Origin: a virus
Taxonomy: Duplodnaviria > Caudoviricetes
Strand: one strand, 5' to 3'
DNA: 61,376 nucleotides
Virus record (IMG/VR): IMGVR_UViG_3300001847_000619
Span: 1-61,376 of that record
Shown: piece by piece, positions 18,594 to 29,600 of the stretch
Layout: each line of letters starts with the position of its first letter
Numbering within the stretch: position 1 is the first letter of the stretch
The notes under the pieces: model-generated
The model's database searches: none
The model's input: the letters and a program-made list of their open reading frames with translations, nothing else
What the model was told of the DNA's origin: nothing
Position numbers and translations under genes: made by a program

Positions 18594-19871
18594 ATGATTT
18601 CATCATTAGAGTATGGAAATGGCAGATATATAAATGACCAAATGAATTATTTAGGCAATAATATAATTTTTGGGGATTCTGCAAGCATAGATGCTTTTAG
18701 TAGATTAAGGATAAGTAATCCCCTTACTTTATTTTCATCTCAATTTACTTATAATCTAAACCCTTTATTATTAGAACAAATAACAAATGGAACGGGAGCA
18801 AGTATAACACACGATACTACAAATAGATGTGCATTAATGACATTTGCTAATACTCCAACAGGAGGAAAGTCTTACATGCAATCTTATGAATATCTTCCCT
18901 ACCAACCATCAAAATCACAATGTGCATTAATTAGTTTTAATTTTAAAGAAGGGGTATCAAATGTTTTAAAATTTGCAGGATTATCAGACGGTACAAATGG
19001 TATTGAATTTCAACTTAATGGGACTACAAAGCAATTTGTAGTATATTCAGCAAGCTCATCTGGCAATGAAACCGTTACTCAATCTTCTTGGAATGTAGAT
19101 AAATTAGATGGAACGGGAGTAAGTGGTATAACTCTTGATATAACAAAAACGCAAATATTAGTATTAGATTTTCAAGCATTATATGTTGGCAGAATTAGGA
19201 TTGGATTTGATATAAATGGAATGATAGTATATGCACATGAATTTAATCATGCTAATTTAATAGCATATCCATATATACAAACAGCAAACCTGCCAATAAG
19301 ATGCGGAATGACTTGCACTGGAACGGTTAGTACTACAATGAACTTTATATGCTGTGCGGTTGTTTCAGAGGGAGGCGTTGAAGATGTTAATGCTTTTGGT
19401 TATTCTTTTCAACAAGGAACTGCTGCGATTTCGGTTACTACTACTCCAACGCACATTCTTAGTCTTAGACCAAAAACAACATTTAATGGAATAACAAATA
19501 GAATTAGAGTAGCCTATATAGATGCTGAAATATTTAACAATGGCAATCAGCCAGTATATTGGCAACTTGTAGTTGGTCAAGCTATAACAGGAACTACATC
19601 ATTTACAGATGTAAATACAACATATTCAAGTGTTGAATATAATGTATTAGGTACTGCAAATGGCAACCCATCTATAATTATAGATGGAGGTTGGGTTTCA
19701 GCAACAGGCGGTTCTAAAACGGTTACAAATGCAACTATTGCATCAAGGTATCCGATAACTCTTGATGCTGCTGGCAATCAAAGATTATTGGGAACAATAA
19801 GCTTAATTGCATATTCTATAAGTGGGACTCAATCTTGTTATGGAGCAATAAAATTTAGAGAAATAAGATAA
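18594..19871 (+). CDS. virion protein with DAFSRLRIS motif (putative lectin-like tail component)
   Basis: DAFSRLRISNPLTLF, YQPSKS, QSSWNVDKLDGTG.SG, YVGRIRIGF, NLPIR. Confidence 0.7.
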   Translation: MISSLEYGNGRYINDQMNYLGNNIIFGDSASIDAFSRLRISNPLTLFSSQFTYNLNPLLLEQITNGTGASITHDTTNRCALMTFANTPTGGKSYMQSYEYLPYQPSKSQCALISFNFKEGVSNVLKFAGLSDGTNGIEFQLNGTTKQFVVYSASSSGNETVTQSSWNVDKLDGTGVSGITLDITKTQILVLDFQALYVGRIRIGFDINGMIVYAHEFNHANLIAYPYIQTANLPIRCGMTCTGTVSTTMNFICCAVVSEGGVEDVNAFGYSFQQGTAAISVTTTPTHILSLRPKTTFNGITNRIRVAYIDAEIFNNGNQPVYWQLVVGQAITGTTSFTDVNTTYSSVEYNVLGTANGNPSIIIDGGWVSATGGSKTVTNATIASRYPITLDAAGNQRLLGTISLIAYSISGTQSCYGAIKFREIR

Positions 19872-19873
19872 TT

Positions 19874-20122
19874 ATGGCAGCACCATTACTAGTATTAAAT
19901 AAAGGTCAGATTTTGTTAATACAAAATCCTCCAAAACAAGCACTTGTTTTGACTAATACTGACTATATTTCAACTCTTGTTGTAGCTGTAAATAATCTTT
20001 CCGAATTATATACTGTTGGGGATTATGTCACATTTAATCCATCAGGAGCAACATTAATAAATTATGATTCAATTACTTATTATTTAACAACAGAAGATAA
20101 AATAATATTTAAAGAGCAATAA
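19874..20122 (+). CDS. divergent GroES-like protein
   Basis: VVAVN......VGDYVTF...G.......YYLTTEDKII parallels GroES C-terminal half. Confidence 0.5.
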   Translation: MAAPLLVLNKGQILLIQNPPKQALVLTNTDYISTLVVAVNNLSELYTVGDYVTFNPSGATLINYDSITYYLTTEDKIIFKEQ

Positions 20123-23100
20123 TGGAAAACGAAAAAAAATATTTCTTATCTCCTGATAGTACATTAGATGCTGATTCGGCAGATTTTGTAGTTTCCCAAA
20201 ATTCATGGGTTAATATGCAAAATGCGAGAACGGGAAGTACTGACAAAGGAGTTATTGGTACTGTAGAAAGTATTGGGAGTACAAAACTTATATCTTCCCC
20301 ACAACCATCAGTAGTATTCAATGCAATAGGGACAGCAGACGATGTAGAAAATAAAAGATTCGTTACTTTTTATTATAATAAATATGATTCCACAAATCAT
20401 AAAATAGATTGCTGTTATACAAATTCAAATACTATTTATACAGTATTATTATCAAGTCAAGTAACAGGAGGATTAAATTTTACTTCAGAACCAATACATA
20501 GTGCTAAAATTACAAATGGTATATTATCTTGGGTAGATGGGAAAAATAACGAGCCTAGAAAAATAAATATAGAATCAGGAATAGTTGCAAATAATCCATC
20601 ATTCCCAACAACAGCACAACCATATTCATTTCCGTTAAATTTTTCGGAAATAACAATGATTAAGCCACCTCCATCATTTGCTCCAAATATCGCAAAAGCA
20701 TACGATTCTATTTTTTTAAATAATTTAATTCAGTATAACTCTTTCGAATTTGCATTTCAATATCAATATTATGATTCAGAAACTACTGTTGTTGGAGCAT
20801 ATAGCCCTTCATCTAAATTAAATTTTCAATCTCAAAACTATAATTACATAAATGTAACTATGGATGGAGCTGAAATAATACCAAAAACAGTCAAAATAGT
20901 AAAACTTATATGTAGAATAAGTGATGGTACTAATCAAGGGGGAACAGATGCAGTAGTTATAAAAACATGGGATAAATCTATAACATCTGAAGCAGCACAA
21001 ATAACAGCACAAAACAACGGCACTCCATTATCTTATAATTTCTATAATAATATAACAGGGGAAAATATTGCACAAGATGATGTATTAAGACCTTTTGACA
21101 ATGTCCCAATATACTCTCAAACACATGAAGTAGCAAAAAATAGATATTTTTTAGCAAATAATACTGAAGGTTATGCAACTCCAGGAGTTACGTCTTTGCA
21201 GGTATCAATGTCAAATCTTCAAACAATAAGCCAATCTTCTCAACAATATCAAATTTATAGATTTTATTGGGCAACAGGAAATGGTATCCTTTTTAATTCT
21301 TTAAACAGATGGGGATTTAATGGATATTTAATAAATGGAACTATAAATGGGAATACTGGGTGGTTTTTGTTGGGGTCTTATTATAATATATCATTTGATG
21401 GTAATTTGCCATCTACACCAGGAGCTGCCCCATCTTCTTTTGCAGCAAGTGCATTAGTTTATCTTGGGGTCACTATTAGTAATATAGTTTCTAAAATTAG
21501 GGAACTATATGCTCCAGGAAGAAGTACTTTGTGGAATTTTTTTGATACACTTAAAAATCCAGCTACAGATTATTTTACAATACTTACTGGACTTTCAAAT
21601 AATACATATCAAGTCTTCCCTCAAAAATCAACATATAAATTTGGGGTGGTTTTTTATGATTATGCAATGAGAAAGTGTGGCGTTGTTCCAAGAGTAATAA
21701 CAAATAATCAAAAAATATATAGTTTAAGTTCAAATGTTAGCACATTGCTTTCGTTACCAAATAGAATTGTATTTTCTGCTGCAATAACGCAATATATGAA
21801 TGTTTCTGACCAATTAATAATATCTGGTGGAACTGCTATGGATGGCACATATACAATAACAGGTATAATTAATAGCAATTCTGTTTTTGTTGCAGAAAGT
21901 GTGCCATTAACACCAGTTCCAACAGCAGCAATAGTTGATATTTACAAATATTCTACGCAAGACCTAACAACGCCACAAAGAAATTATGTATATACAAATG
22001 CTATTGGGGGAATAAAATGGCAATTAGATAGTACAAATAGGTTATCAGAAATACCAACATGGGCGAGATATTATTCTATAGTTAGAACATTAAACTTGAG
22101 AACCAGATTTTTTATTCAAGGAATAGATAATGCTACAAGGTATGTAACAAAAAATAGCACAGGAGAATATAATTATGATAATTTTACATACAATACATTT
22201 AATACATACGGTATTGGGATAAATACAGCATCTCTTGTAAAATCTGGACTTGGTTATCAATATCAAGATGGAGATTCTTGCATTTTAATAAAAGATGATA
22301 ATACATCTTGGGATATCCCAGTTATTGGTCAAGATGGTAATTATATTATTTTAAAAGCTCAAGATATAGGTGCATTAAATAGCCCAACGCATAATTTTAT
22401 ATTTGAAATATATTCTCCTTATAAAACAAGCGAACAAGAACCATATTATGAAATGGGAGAAATTTATTCAATTCAAAATCCAGGAACAACAAATAGGGAT
22501 TATTCTATAATATCAAATTATTTTAATGGAGATACTTATGTGTTTTCTAGAGATTTTTCAAACATAACATATAATGCAAATGCAATGTGCCCTAATGATT
22601 TGTATTATAAAAGATGGGATACGGATGCAGGAAAAACTAATTTTATAACAAAAATAGGGCAGCAACAAAAAACAACAAGCATATCTTGGAGTGATACATA
22701 TGTTGCAGGAGCTCAAATTAACGGTACAAGTACATTTAGAGCATTTAATGAAACAACAGTACCTCAAGATTGTGGGGCTATAAGCAAGCTTCAGCTTACT
22801 TCTAAAATACAAGCAGAAGGTACGATAATGCTTTCTATTTGCACCAATGAAACCAATTCTATGTATTTGGGAGAAACTCAAATTACAGATAGTACTGGAG
22901 CTGTTCAATTTTTTAGTGCAGATTCTTCTAAAATAATAAGTACTATTAATACATTAAAGGGAAGTTTTGGCACAATAAATCCAGAAGCGGTTACAGAGTT
23001 TAGGGGTAGCGTTTACTTCTGTGATGCGAATAGGGGCGTTTGGGTGCAATATTCTTCTAATGGACTTTTTCCCATTTCTAATTATAAAATGACAAGATTT

Positions 23101-23850
23101 TGGAAACTATTCTTCCAAAGATATTTAAGTCCAGAGGGAAAACAAGAAATGGCTGCAAATGGTATTAGACCATACATATTTACAACAGTTGATGCTAGCC
23201 ACATGGAATTGCTTATATCAATACCAAAGATATATCAAACTCCACCTAGCGGATATCTTCCCGACTATCCATCTATAATAAACCCATTTGATATATATGA
23301 TGGAGTAGGGAAAACGATAGTTTTTTGTTTAGAAAATACAGGCATTCAAGCACATTGGCAAGGGTCATACTCGTTTAACCCTGAAGCATTTATGTGCATT
23401 CAAAACAAATTGTATTCTATTTACAATGGAGGAATGTATATCCATAATCAAACGGATACGTACAATAACTTTTATGGAATACAATATCCATCAAGAATAA
23501 TGATAATTTCAAATCAATTGCCACAAAGACCAAAGGTATATAACAATATATCTGTGGAGGCAAATATGAAGCCATCATTTACATATTTATACAATAACTA
23601 TCCTTATGTTCAAACATCTGATTTAGCAGATATAGATTATAGGGATTTTGAAGGCGTTTTTTATTCTACTCTTTATAGAAACAAAATAGTTCCAACGGCA
23701 ACAGGGTATAATACAAACGGGTTGTTAACAGGGGAAAAGCTTAGAAATGTAGCAATGAAGATAATGCTTGAATTTAGCGTGTCAAATGTTCCCCTTGAGT
23801 TAAAATTTGTAAATATTGGTTATCAAATATCAAGAGGTCATACAACATGA
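20122..23850 (+). CDS. tail stabilisation/nozzle protein (P22 gp10-like role)
   Basis: 1242 aa; MQNAR, W.DG..EPRKIN, FAFQYQY.D.E, N.YFLAN..EGY, YKFGVVFYD...R, YF.D..RG, EGVFY. Confidence 0.7.
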   Translation: MENEKKYFLSPDSTLDADSADFVVSQNSWVNMQNARTGSTDKGVIGTVESIGSTKLISSPQPSVVFNAIGTADDVENKRFVTFYYNKYDSTNHKIDCCYTNSNTIYTVLLSSQVTGGLNFTSEPIHSAKITNGILSWVDGKNNEPRKINIESGIVANNPSFPTTAQPYSFPLNFSEITMIKPPPSFAPNIAKAYDSIFLNNLIQYNSFEFAFQYQYYDSETTVVGAYSPSSKLNFQSQNYNYINVTMDGAEIIPKTVKIVKLICRISDGTNQGGTDAVVIKTWDKSITSEAAQITAQNNGTPLSYNFYNNITGENIAQDDVLRPFDNVPIYSQTHEVAKNRYFLANNTEGYATPGVTSLQVSMSNLQTISQSSQQYQIYRFYWATGNGILFNSLNRWGFNGYLINGTINGNTGWFLLGSYYNISFDGNLPSTPGAAPSSFAASALVYLGVTISNIVSKIRELYAPGRSTLWNFFDTLKNPATDYFTILTGLSNNTYQVFPQKSTYKFGVVFYDYAMRKCGVVPRVITNNQKIYSLSSNVSTLLSLPNRIVFSAAITQYMNVSDQLIISGGTAMDGTYTITGIINSNSVFVAESVPLTPVPTAAIVDIYKYSTQDLTTPQRNYVYTNAIGGIKWQLDSTNRLSEIPTWARYYSIVRTLNLRTRFFIQGIDNATRYVTKNSTGEYNYDNFTYNTFNTYGIGINTASLVKSGLGYQYQDGDSCILIKDDNTSWDIPVIGQDGNYIILKAQDIGALNSPTHNFIFEIYSPYKTSEQEPYYEMGEIYSIQNPGTTNRDYSIISNYFNGDTYVFSRDFSNITYNANAMCPNDLYYKRWDTDAGKTNFITKIGQQQKTTSISWSDTYVAGAQINGTSTFRAFNETTVPQDCGAISKLQLTSKIQAEGTIMLSICTNETNSMYLGETQITDSTGAVQFFSADSSKIISTINTLKGSFGTINPEAVTEFRGSVYFCDANRGVWVQYSSNGLFPISNYKMTRFWKLFFQRYLSPEGKQEMAANGIRPYIFTTVDASHMELLISIPKIYQTPPSGYLPDYPSIINPFDIYDGVGKTIVFCLENTGIQAHWQGSYSFNPEAFMCIQNKLYSIYNGGMYIHNQTDTYNNFYGIQYPSRIMIISNQLPQRPKVYNNISVEANMKPSFTYLYNNYPYVQTSDLADIDYRDFEGVFYSTLYRNKIVPTATGYNTNGLLTGEKLRNVAMKIMLEFSVSNVPLELKFVNIGYQISRGHTT

Positions 23851-24299
23851 TAAAATTTGAAGAAATATCACTAGATGAATTGAAAAATTTAATATATTTA
23901 TCTTGTGAAAATGATAATGAGCTTGTAGAGAAATATCATAGCTTAAATTTAGATAGCGAAGAAAAATATACTTTAGAAGATTGTGTTAATGAAACATTTC
24001 AAAGAATAGTAGATGCAGAAGAAGAAATAGGAGTAGATAAGTATAGAGTTGTTTATCAAGGGGAAGATATAGGATATGTTGTTTTATTTGAAGATATTTT
24101 ATATAGCTACGCAATAGCTATAAAATATAGAACAAAAGAAATATTATCTTTGTGGTGGAAGGGAATATGTGATTTATTTGAAAATGAGTTCGTTACAATG
24201 ATTTATAGTAATAATACAAGATGTTTGAATTTCTTATTAAAAAATAATATGGAAATCGTGGAAACTGAAGATAACATTTTAATGCTTAAAAATATATAA
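23847..24299 (+). CDS. GNAT-like protein between nozzle and ejection genes
   Basis: I..KYR, NTRCLNFL.KN pattern; T7 gp13/P22 gp14-type position. Confidence 0.5.
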   Translation: MIKFEEISLDELKNLIYLSCENDNELVEKYHSLNLDSEEKYTLEDCVNETFQRIVDAEEEIGVDKYRVVYQGEDIGYVVLFEDILYSYAIAIKYRTKEILSLWWKGICDLFENEFVTMIYSNNTRCLNFLLKNNMEIVETEDNILMLKNI

Positions 24300-24301
24300 T
24301 T

Positions 24302-25048
24302 ATGCCAATAATAATCGGTGCTGGCTTAGGTTTAGCTGGCGGTATAGGAAAAGCTATAGGAAGAGCAAGGTCTAATAGAGAATTAAGAGGAATAATGAGC
24401 AGGATGCCTCAATATAAAGAAAACCCTTTGTATGCTCAAAGATTAGGTTTAGCTCAAACTTTACTTAATGCTAGAACTCCTGGAGCAGCAGCAGCAGAAA
24501 GAAATATCTATCAAGCACAAGCAAATCAAATGGCTGGAGCTGAAAGAGCAGCCACAGACCCTAATCAATTATTATTGACTGGAGCAGCAGCAGCAGGTCA
24601 AGCTAATCAGGCATTTAATCAGCTTGGTCAAATGGAAGCTCAAGATTATCAACGCAGATATGCAAATTTAGCATCAGCTCAAGAAGCATCAGCTCAAGAA
24701 GCTCAAAGAAAATATGAAGATGAATTAAGGAGATATCAAATGCAAACTCAAATACAAGGAGCTATTAATGAGAATAGACAAAATATGTTTGGAGATATTT
24801 CAAATGCAGGATTTGGAGTAGCTATGCTAGGAGCTCAAGGGGCATTTAAAGGGACGGGAACTCCTCAACAAAGAGTACAAGCAACAGGTAGTGGATTTTC
24901 CCAAACACCACAAAATATACCAGGAACAGTTATACCAAGCGATGTATTGAGTCAAGGATATGGATATCAAAACCCATACTCTTGGATGCCTAATAATTGG
25001 GCAAGTCAAGGATATGGTACTACTCCAAAGTACCCTTGGATAAGATAA
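24302..25048 (+). CDS. putative DNA ejection protein (small)
   Basis: N-terminal GAGLGLAGGIG, Ala/Gln-rich coiled coil. Confidence 0.65.
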   Translation: MPIIIGAGLGLAGGIGKAIGRARSNRELRGIMSRMPQYKENPLYAQRLGLAQTLLNARTPGAAAAERNIYQAQANQMAGAERAATDPNQLLLTGAAAAGQANQAFNQLGQMEAQDYQRRYANLASAQEASAQEAQRKYEDELRRYQMQTQIQGAINENRQNMFGDISNAGFGVAMLGAQGAFKGTGTPQQRVQATGSGFSQTPQNIPGTVIPSDVLSQGYGYQNPYSWMPNNWASQGYGTTPKYPWIR

Positions 25049-25073
25049 TAAAATAAATTAAACTAAATAAATA

Positions 25074-26597
25074 ATGGCATTAGATTTATCAGGATTTGTA
25101 ACCCCAGAACAAAAGTTTGAAGGTTTGTATAAGCTAGGGGAAGAATTTGCAGCTAAAAGAAAAGCAGAAGCAAAAGCAGCAGAAGAAGCAAAAGCTGAAA
25201 AAGCCACTATGTCAACTATGCTTCAAAAGATGGTTGACCCAAAAGATTATTTATCTGGAGCTCCAACAGACCCTCAAGTTGTAAAAGGATTTAATGATGT
25301 TTATCAAGAGGGAATAAATCTTATAAATCAAAATAAAGGGATGAATAATGCTATGCTATCAGCAGCACTTTTTCCCCAAATAAATAAATTAGCACAATAC
25401 GGAACAGCAGCAAAAGTCATTAAAAAGAATCTAGACGAATCATTAAAAAACTACGATAAAAATTATTACAATATTCCAACATTAAAAGAAAAAGCACTTA
25501 ATAAAATATACTTTAATGATGATGGAACTCAAAAAGACATATCTGAAGTTTCTTTTGACCCAAGTTATCTTGATGATGTTGTAAGGGAAAATGCTCCAAC
25601 TATAGTTAATTCAAGAGTAGTATCTGATATGCTTTCAAAATACCCAAATATACAAAATGTTGCAACTGATGTTACAAGGGGGAAAGACGATAGGCTAATA
25701 TCCACCACAAAAAATGTTACCTATAAACCATACGAGCAGTTAAATCCAGAAACAGGAGAATTTGAACCAATGCATGAATTAGCTACAGATGCAGGAACTC
25801 CAATAAAACATAATGGAGAATTTATTAAAGTTATTCCAGAGAATATTTATAATGATATGAGGATGCGAGGGGGAAAACCTTTCGAAGATTGGATAAATGG
25901 TCAAGCTCAATTACATTTAAAAGAATACCAAAAACAACAAGTACCTACGGCAGGAGCTCCCCTTGAATCAACTGAAATAGACATAAATAGTCCACAAGCG
26001 GAACTTGTAAAAAGAAACATATTACACGACTTGCTTTATCAAAACAGAACAGCAAAACAAATAAACGTAAAAAAAGACATACAAAGACTTTCTCAAAGAA
26101 AAGGAGGAGGCAATAATTATTATTATGGCGGAGCAGGCAGAGGTCAAGGGGAACAAGCACAAGGATTAGTATTAGACGAAATAGGTAAAACAGCCCCATT
26201 AAAACTTCAAAATGGGCAATATACAGTAGAAAATGGGAATGTTTCTGATAGTCAAGGGAATCCATATAATGGAGAAATATATGTATCTAGAGAAAATCTT
26301 CCCACTAGCTTAAAAACAATAATGAAAGCAGGAGGCATAGACATAGGTAAAGGAGTAAACTTTGTAGTAGAAGATGGAGTGATACAAGCGGCAAAAACAA
26401 AACAAGGAATTACTGATAGAAATGCCATTTGGAATTATCAACAAAAATGGAATACAGAAAGCCAAAAAGCACCACAACCTGGATGGGGAGCAAGAATAGC
26501 AAATGCCGCAAAAGGAGCTATGAATACAGTTAAAAAAGCTGTAACTCCAAAACAAGGGGGAGTTAAAGGAACAAGCAAGAATATTTTTAAACAATAA
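25074..26597 (+). CDS. putative DNA ejection protein (medium)
   Basis: 507 aa, helical, position in ejection triad. Confidence 0.55.
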   Translation: MALDLSGFVTPEQKFEGLYKLGEEFAAKRKAEAKAAEEAKAEKATMSTMLQKMVDPKDYLSGAPTDPQVVKGFNDVYQEGINLINQNKGMNNAMLSAALFPQINKLAQYGTAAKVIKKNLDESLKNYDKNYYNIPTLKEKALNKIYFNDDGTQKDISEVSFDPSYLDDVVRENAPTIVNSRVVSDMLSKYPNIQNVATDVTRGKDDRLISTTKNVTYKPYEQLNPETGEFEPMHELATDAGTPIKHNGEFIKVIPENIYNDMRMRGGKPFEDWINGQAQLHLKEYQKQQVPTAGAPLESTEIDINSPQAELVKRNILHDLLYQNRTAKQINVKKDIQRLSQRKGGGNNYYYGGAGRGQGEQAQGLVLDEIGKTAPLKLQNGQYTVENGNVSDSQGNPYNGEIYVSRENLPTSLKTIMKAGGIDIGKGVNFVVEDGVIQAAKTKQGITDRNAIWNYQQKWNTESQKAPQPGWGARIANAAKGAMNTVKKAVTPKQGGVKGTSKNIFKQ

Positions 26598-26631
26598 TAA
26601 ATGCTATCTTTAGCAAAAATAATTCTATATA

Positions 26632-29600
26632 ATGGCAGAAGAATTAGAGCAAATACAAGAAGAAAATATTGAGCCAACTCAAGAACAAGATATTCAAGGG
26701 GAACAAGTAGAGCAAACGCAACAAGAAACACAACAACAACCTCCATCAAAGGCAAGTGTATTATACAATAATTTATTAAAAGACGGATATACCAAGCAAA
26801 ATCTTGGAGATGAACAATCTTTTATAAAAAACGTATCAACAAAAGAAGGGGCAGCTAAAATACATTCTGTATTGTTATCGGATGGGTATACAGAAGCAAA
26901 TCTTGGGAATGTAAATGATTTTACAAATAACCTTGTGGCACAACCTCCCGTTCCAAAACAAGCTCCTTTATATACAGCAAAAGGATTTATAGAACAAGAA
27001 AAGAAAAAAGCAGAAGAACAATTACTTCCCGTTATACCACAAAAAAAGGCAGAAGTTAAACCATCAGCTCCCCAAAGACCATCAATAACTCAATATGATA
27101 GAAAAGAAGATGAAAATGGATTTATGAGTGCATTGGGAACAGCTACAGATTATGCTAAACATCTTTATAATAAAATATTAGATGGCGTTGGATATGTTGC
27201 TTCTGGAGCTTTAGAAACGCAAGCAGCTACAACATCTGCATTAATAAATGCTGCACAACAAATAACTGGGGATAAAGGATTTGATTCGCAAGAATTTCAA
27301 AATCACATAAATAATGAGATAGTTCCAAAAATAAAAGAAAAGATAAAATTAGCAGAAGCTACAGTACCAAAAGAATCACAAAAAAAATTTGATGATAGTT
27401 TTTTATTATCATCAATATCAGGATTGGCAGAATTTGCACCAGCAATGCCATTAGGAGTAGCAGGAATGTTGGCTGCTGGAACTGATATGGGCATTCAAGC
27501 TATAAACAATAGTGAAGTTGGTAAAAAATTACCAGAAAGCATTAAATCTATATTTGGAATAACTACAGGTACAGCTACAGCCCTTCTTACTGAATTAAAA
27601 TTAGATAAGATATTTGGAAAGCAAACCGAAAAAGTAGCATCCAAATTAGCAGTAGAAACTCTAGATGGATTATTGAAAAAATCCACAGAGCCAATAACTG
27701 CCGATGCTTATAATGCTGCTCTTCAAAACGCTGCAAAATCATTAAAGGAAAAAGTTGTATCTTCTGGAGGAAAAATGTTAAAAGGCGGTGCTATAGGTTC
27801 TTTATTTGGTGGGTTAAACGAATCAACAAATTTATTAGCTGAAGATATTACAAATAGATTAACGAATCAACAAGTATTTGAACCAACTAGTTTTGGTAAA
27901 GCATGGTCAAGAATATCAAAAGGAACTGCATCAATGGGTGTAGGTGGTATTATATTAGGAGGAGCTCATATTCCCTTCTCTAAAACAGAAAATTATATAA
28001 AAAACAAAGTATCAGAAGCTAAAACCATAGATGATATAAATAATCTCAAGAGGGAAGTAACGCAACAAGTACAAGGAGGAGATGTTTCAATAAACGATGC
28101 AAATAGAGTACTTGATTTAATTGACCATTATACAAAAATAAATAGCTCAATTCCAGTAGATGTTCCCAACAAATCACAAGTAATAGACAAAATAAAACAA
28201 AGAGATGATTTACATCAACAAGCCAATGATATATTAACAGAAGCTCAAAATTTAGACCCTGCATTTCAAGAACAAAAAATAAAAGAAGCTCAAACATTAA
28301 CAAATGCAGCAGACGATATACATAATCAAATAGCAGGTAAACCTGTTTATAGAATAGGAGAACAAGAAGTAGATAGAGATACATTTAACAATTATTTAGA
28401 TAGCGAAGCAGCAAAAGGCAATAAAGATGAATTATATGTAGAGAATGATGACGAAATGAGTTCTAAGTTAGAGAAACAAGGGGGAAAAACTACTATAGAT
28501 GAAGAATTAGGGACTCCTGTTACTACAAATAAAGTAGAAGAAGTTCCCGTTCCTACGACAAAAGAAAAACCACAAGAACTAATAAATACTACCATATTTG
28601 ATGAAAATATGATTCCAATATCAGATGAAAACGAATCATTAGCTAATAAGGTAATAGACAATGCTATTTCTAAATCAAAATCCTTAGAAAATTTTCATTC
28701 AAAACTAAGCCAATTAGGATATAATTTTAGAAGTCAAACAATTGAAAGTTTAAACAAATTTGTTCAAGATAGGATTGATGGCAAAACAAATCAATCATTT
28801 GAAGATTGGAGAAATCAAAATAAAGAAACAACAAAAACAAAAGAAAATGATACACAAAACATCACAGGGATACCAAGTGTTATCGGAGAAGGGGAAACCA
28901 CTATCAAAGCCAAACCTATCGAAGGCGGAGGCACACAAGAGATTAGCGGTGGTGGAGTACTTCAAGAAAATGTCCCCAGCAGACAAGGCGAAATGGCAGA
29001 AAAGCCACAAGAAGTAAAGCAAGGGGAAGAAACAAAAAATGAATATATAAAAAGAAAACAATCTGAAATATTATCTGAATTAAAAAACAAATATCCAACG
29101 CTAATAACTGGAAATGATATAAACCCAATGGTGGCACAACCAAGGTATATGTCAAATACAGATATAGAATTAGCTAAAAAGTTTTTAGACCCTACAATAT
29201 TAGAAACTCAATACAATCTAGAAAAATCAGAACTTCCCAAAACAAAAGAAAAAATACCTGCAAAAGAAAAAGTATTTTCTAAAGCATCAGTAAATAGAAC
29301 AGAAGCTAAAAAAGTATATAATCATGTTTATTCATTAGATGACCCAACAGATGCAAGGGGAATAGCCAAAAAATGGCTTTCATTAGGGGGTAAGGTATCT
29401 ATAGATTCTTTTGCAGATGAGGTTACTGGATTAATAAAAAGTAGGGGTCAAGCTAAAATAATAATACCTAAAGAGGCAAGAGAAAGCGAGTTTACGGATT
29501 CTAAATCTTCCCTTACAGTAAGCAAAGCAGCTCATGACCTATGGGATAATCTACCAGATGAACTAAAAGATTCAATATCAGATTCAGATATAAAAGATGC

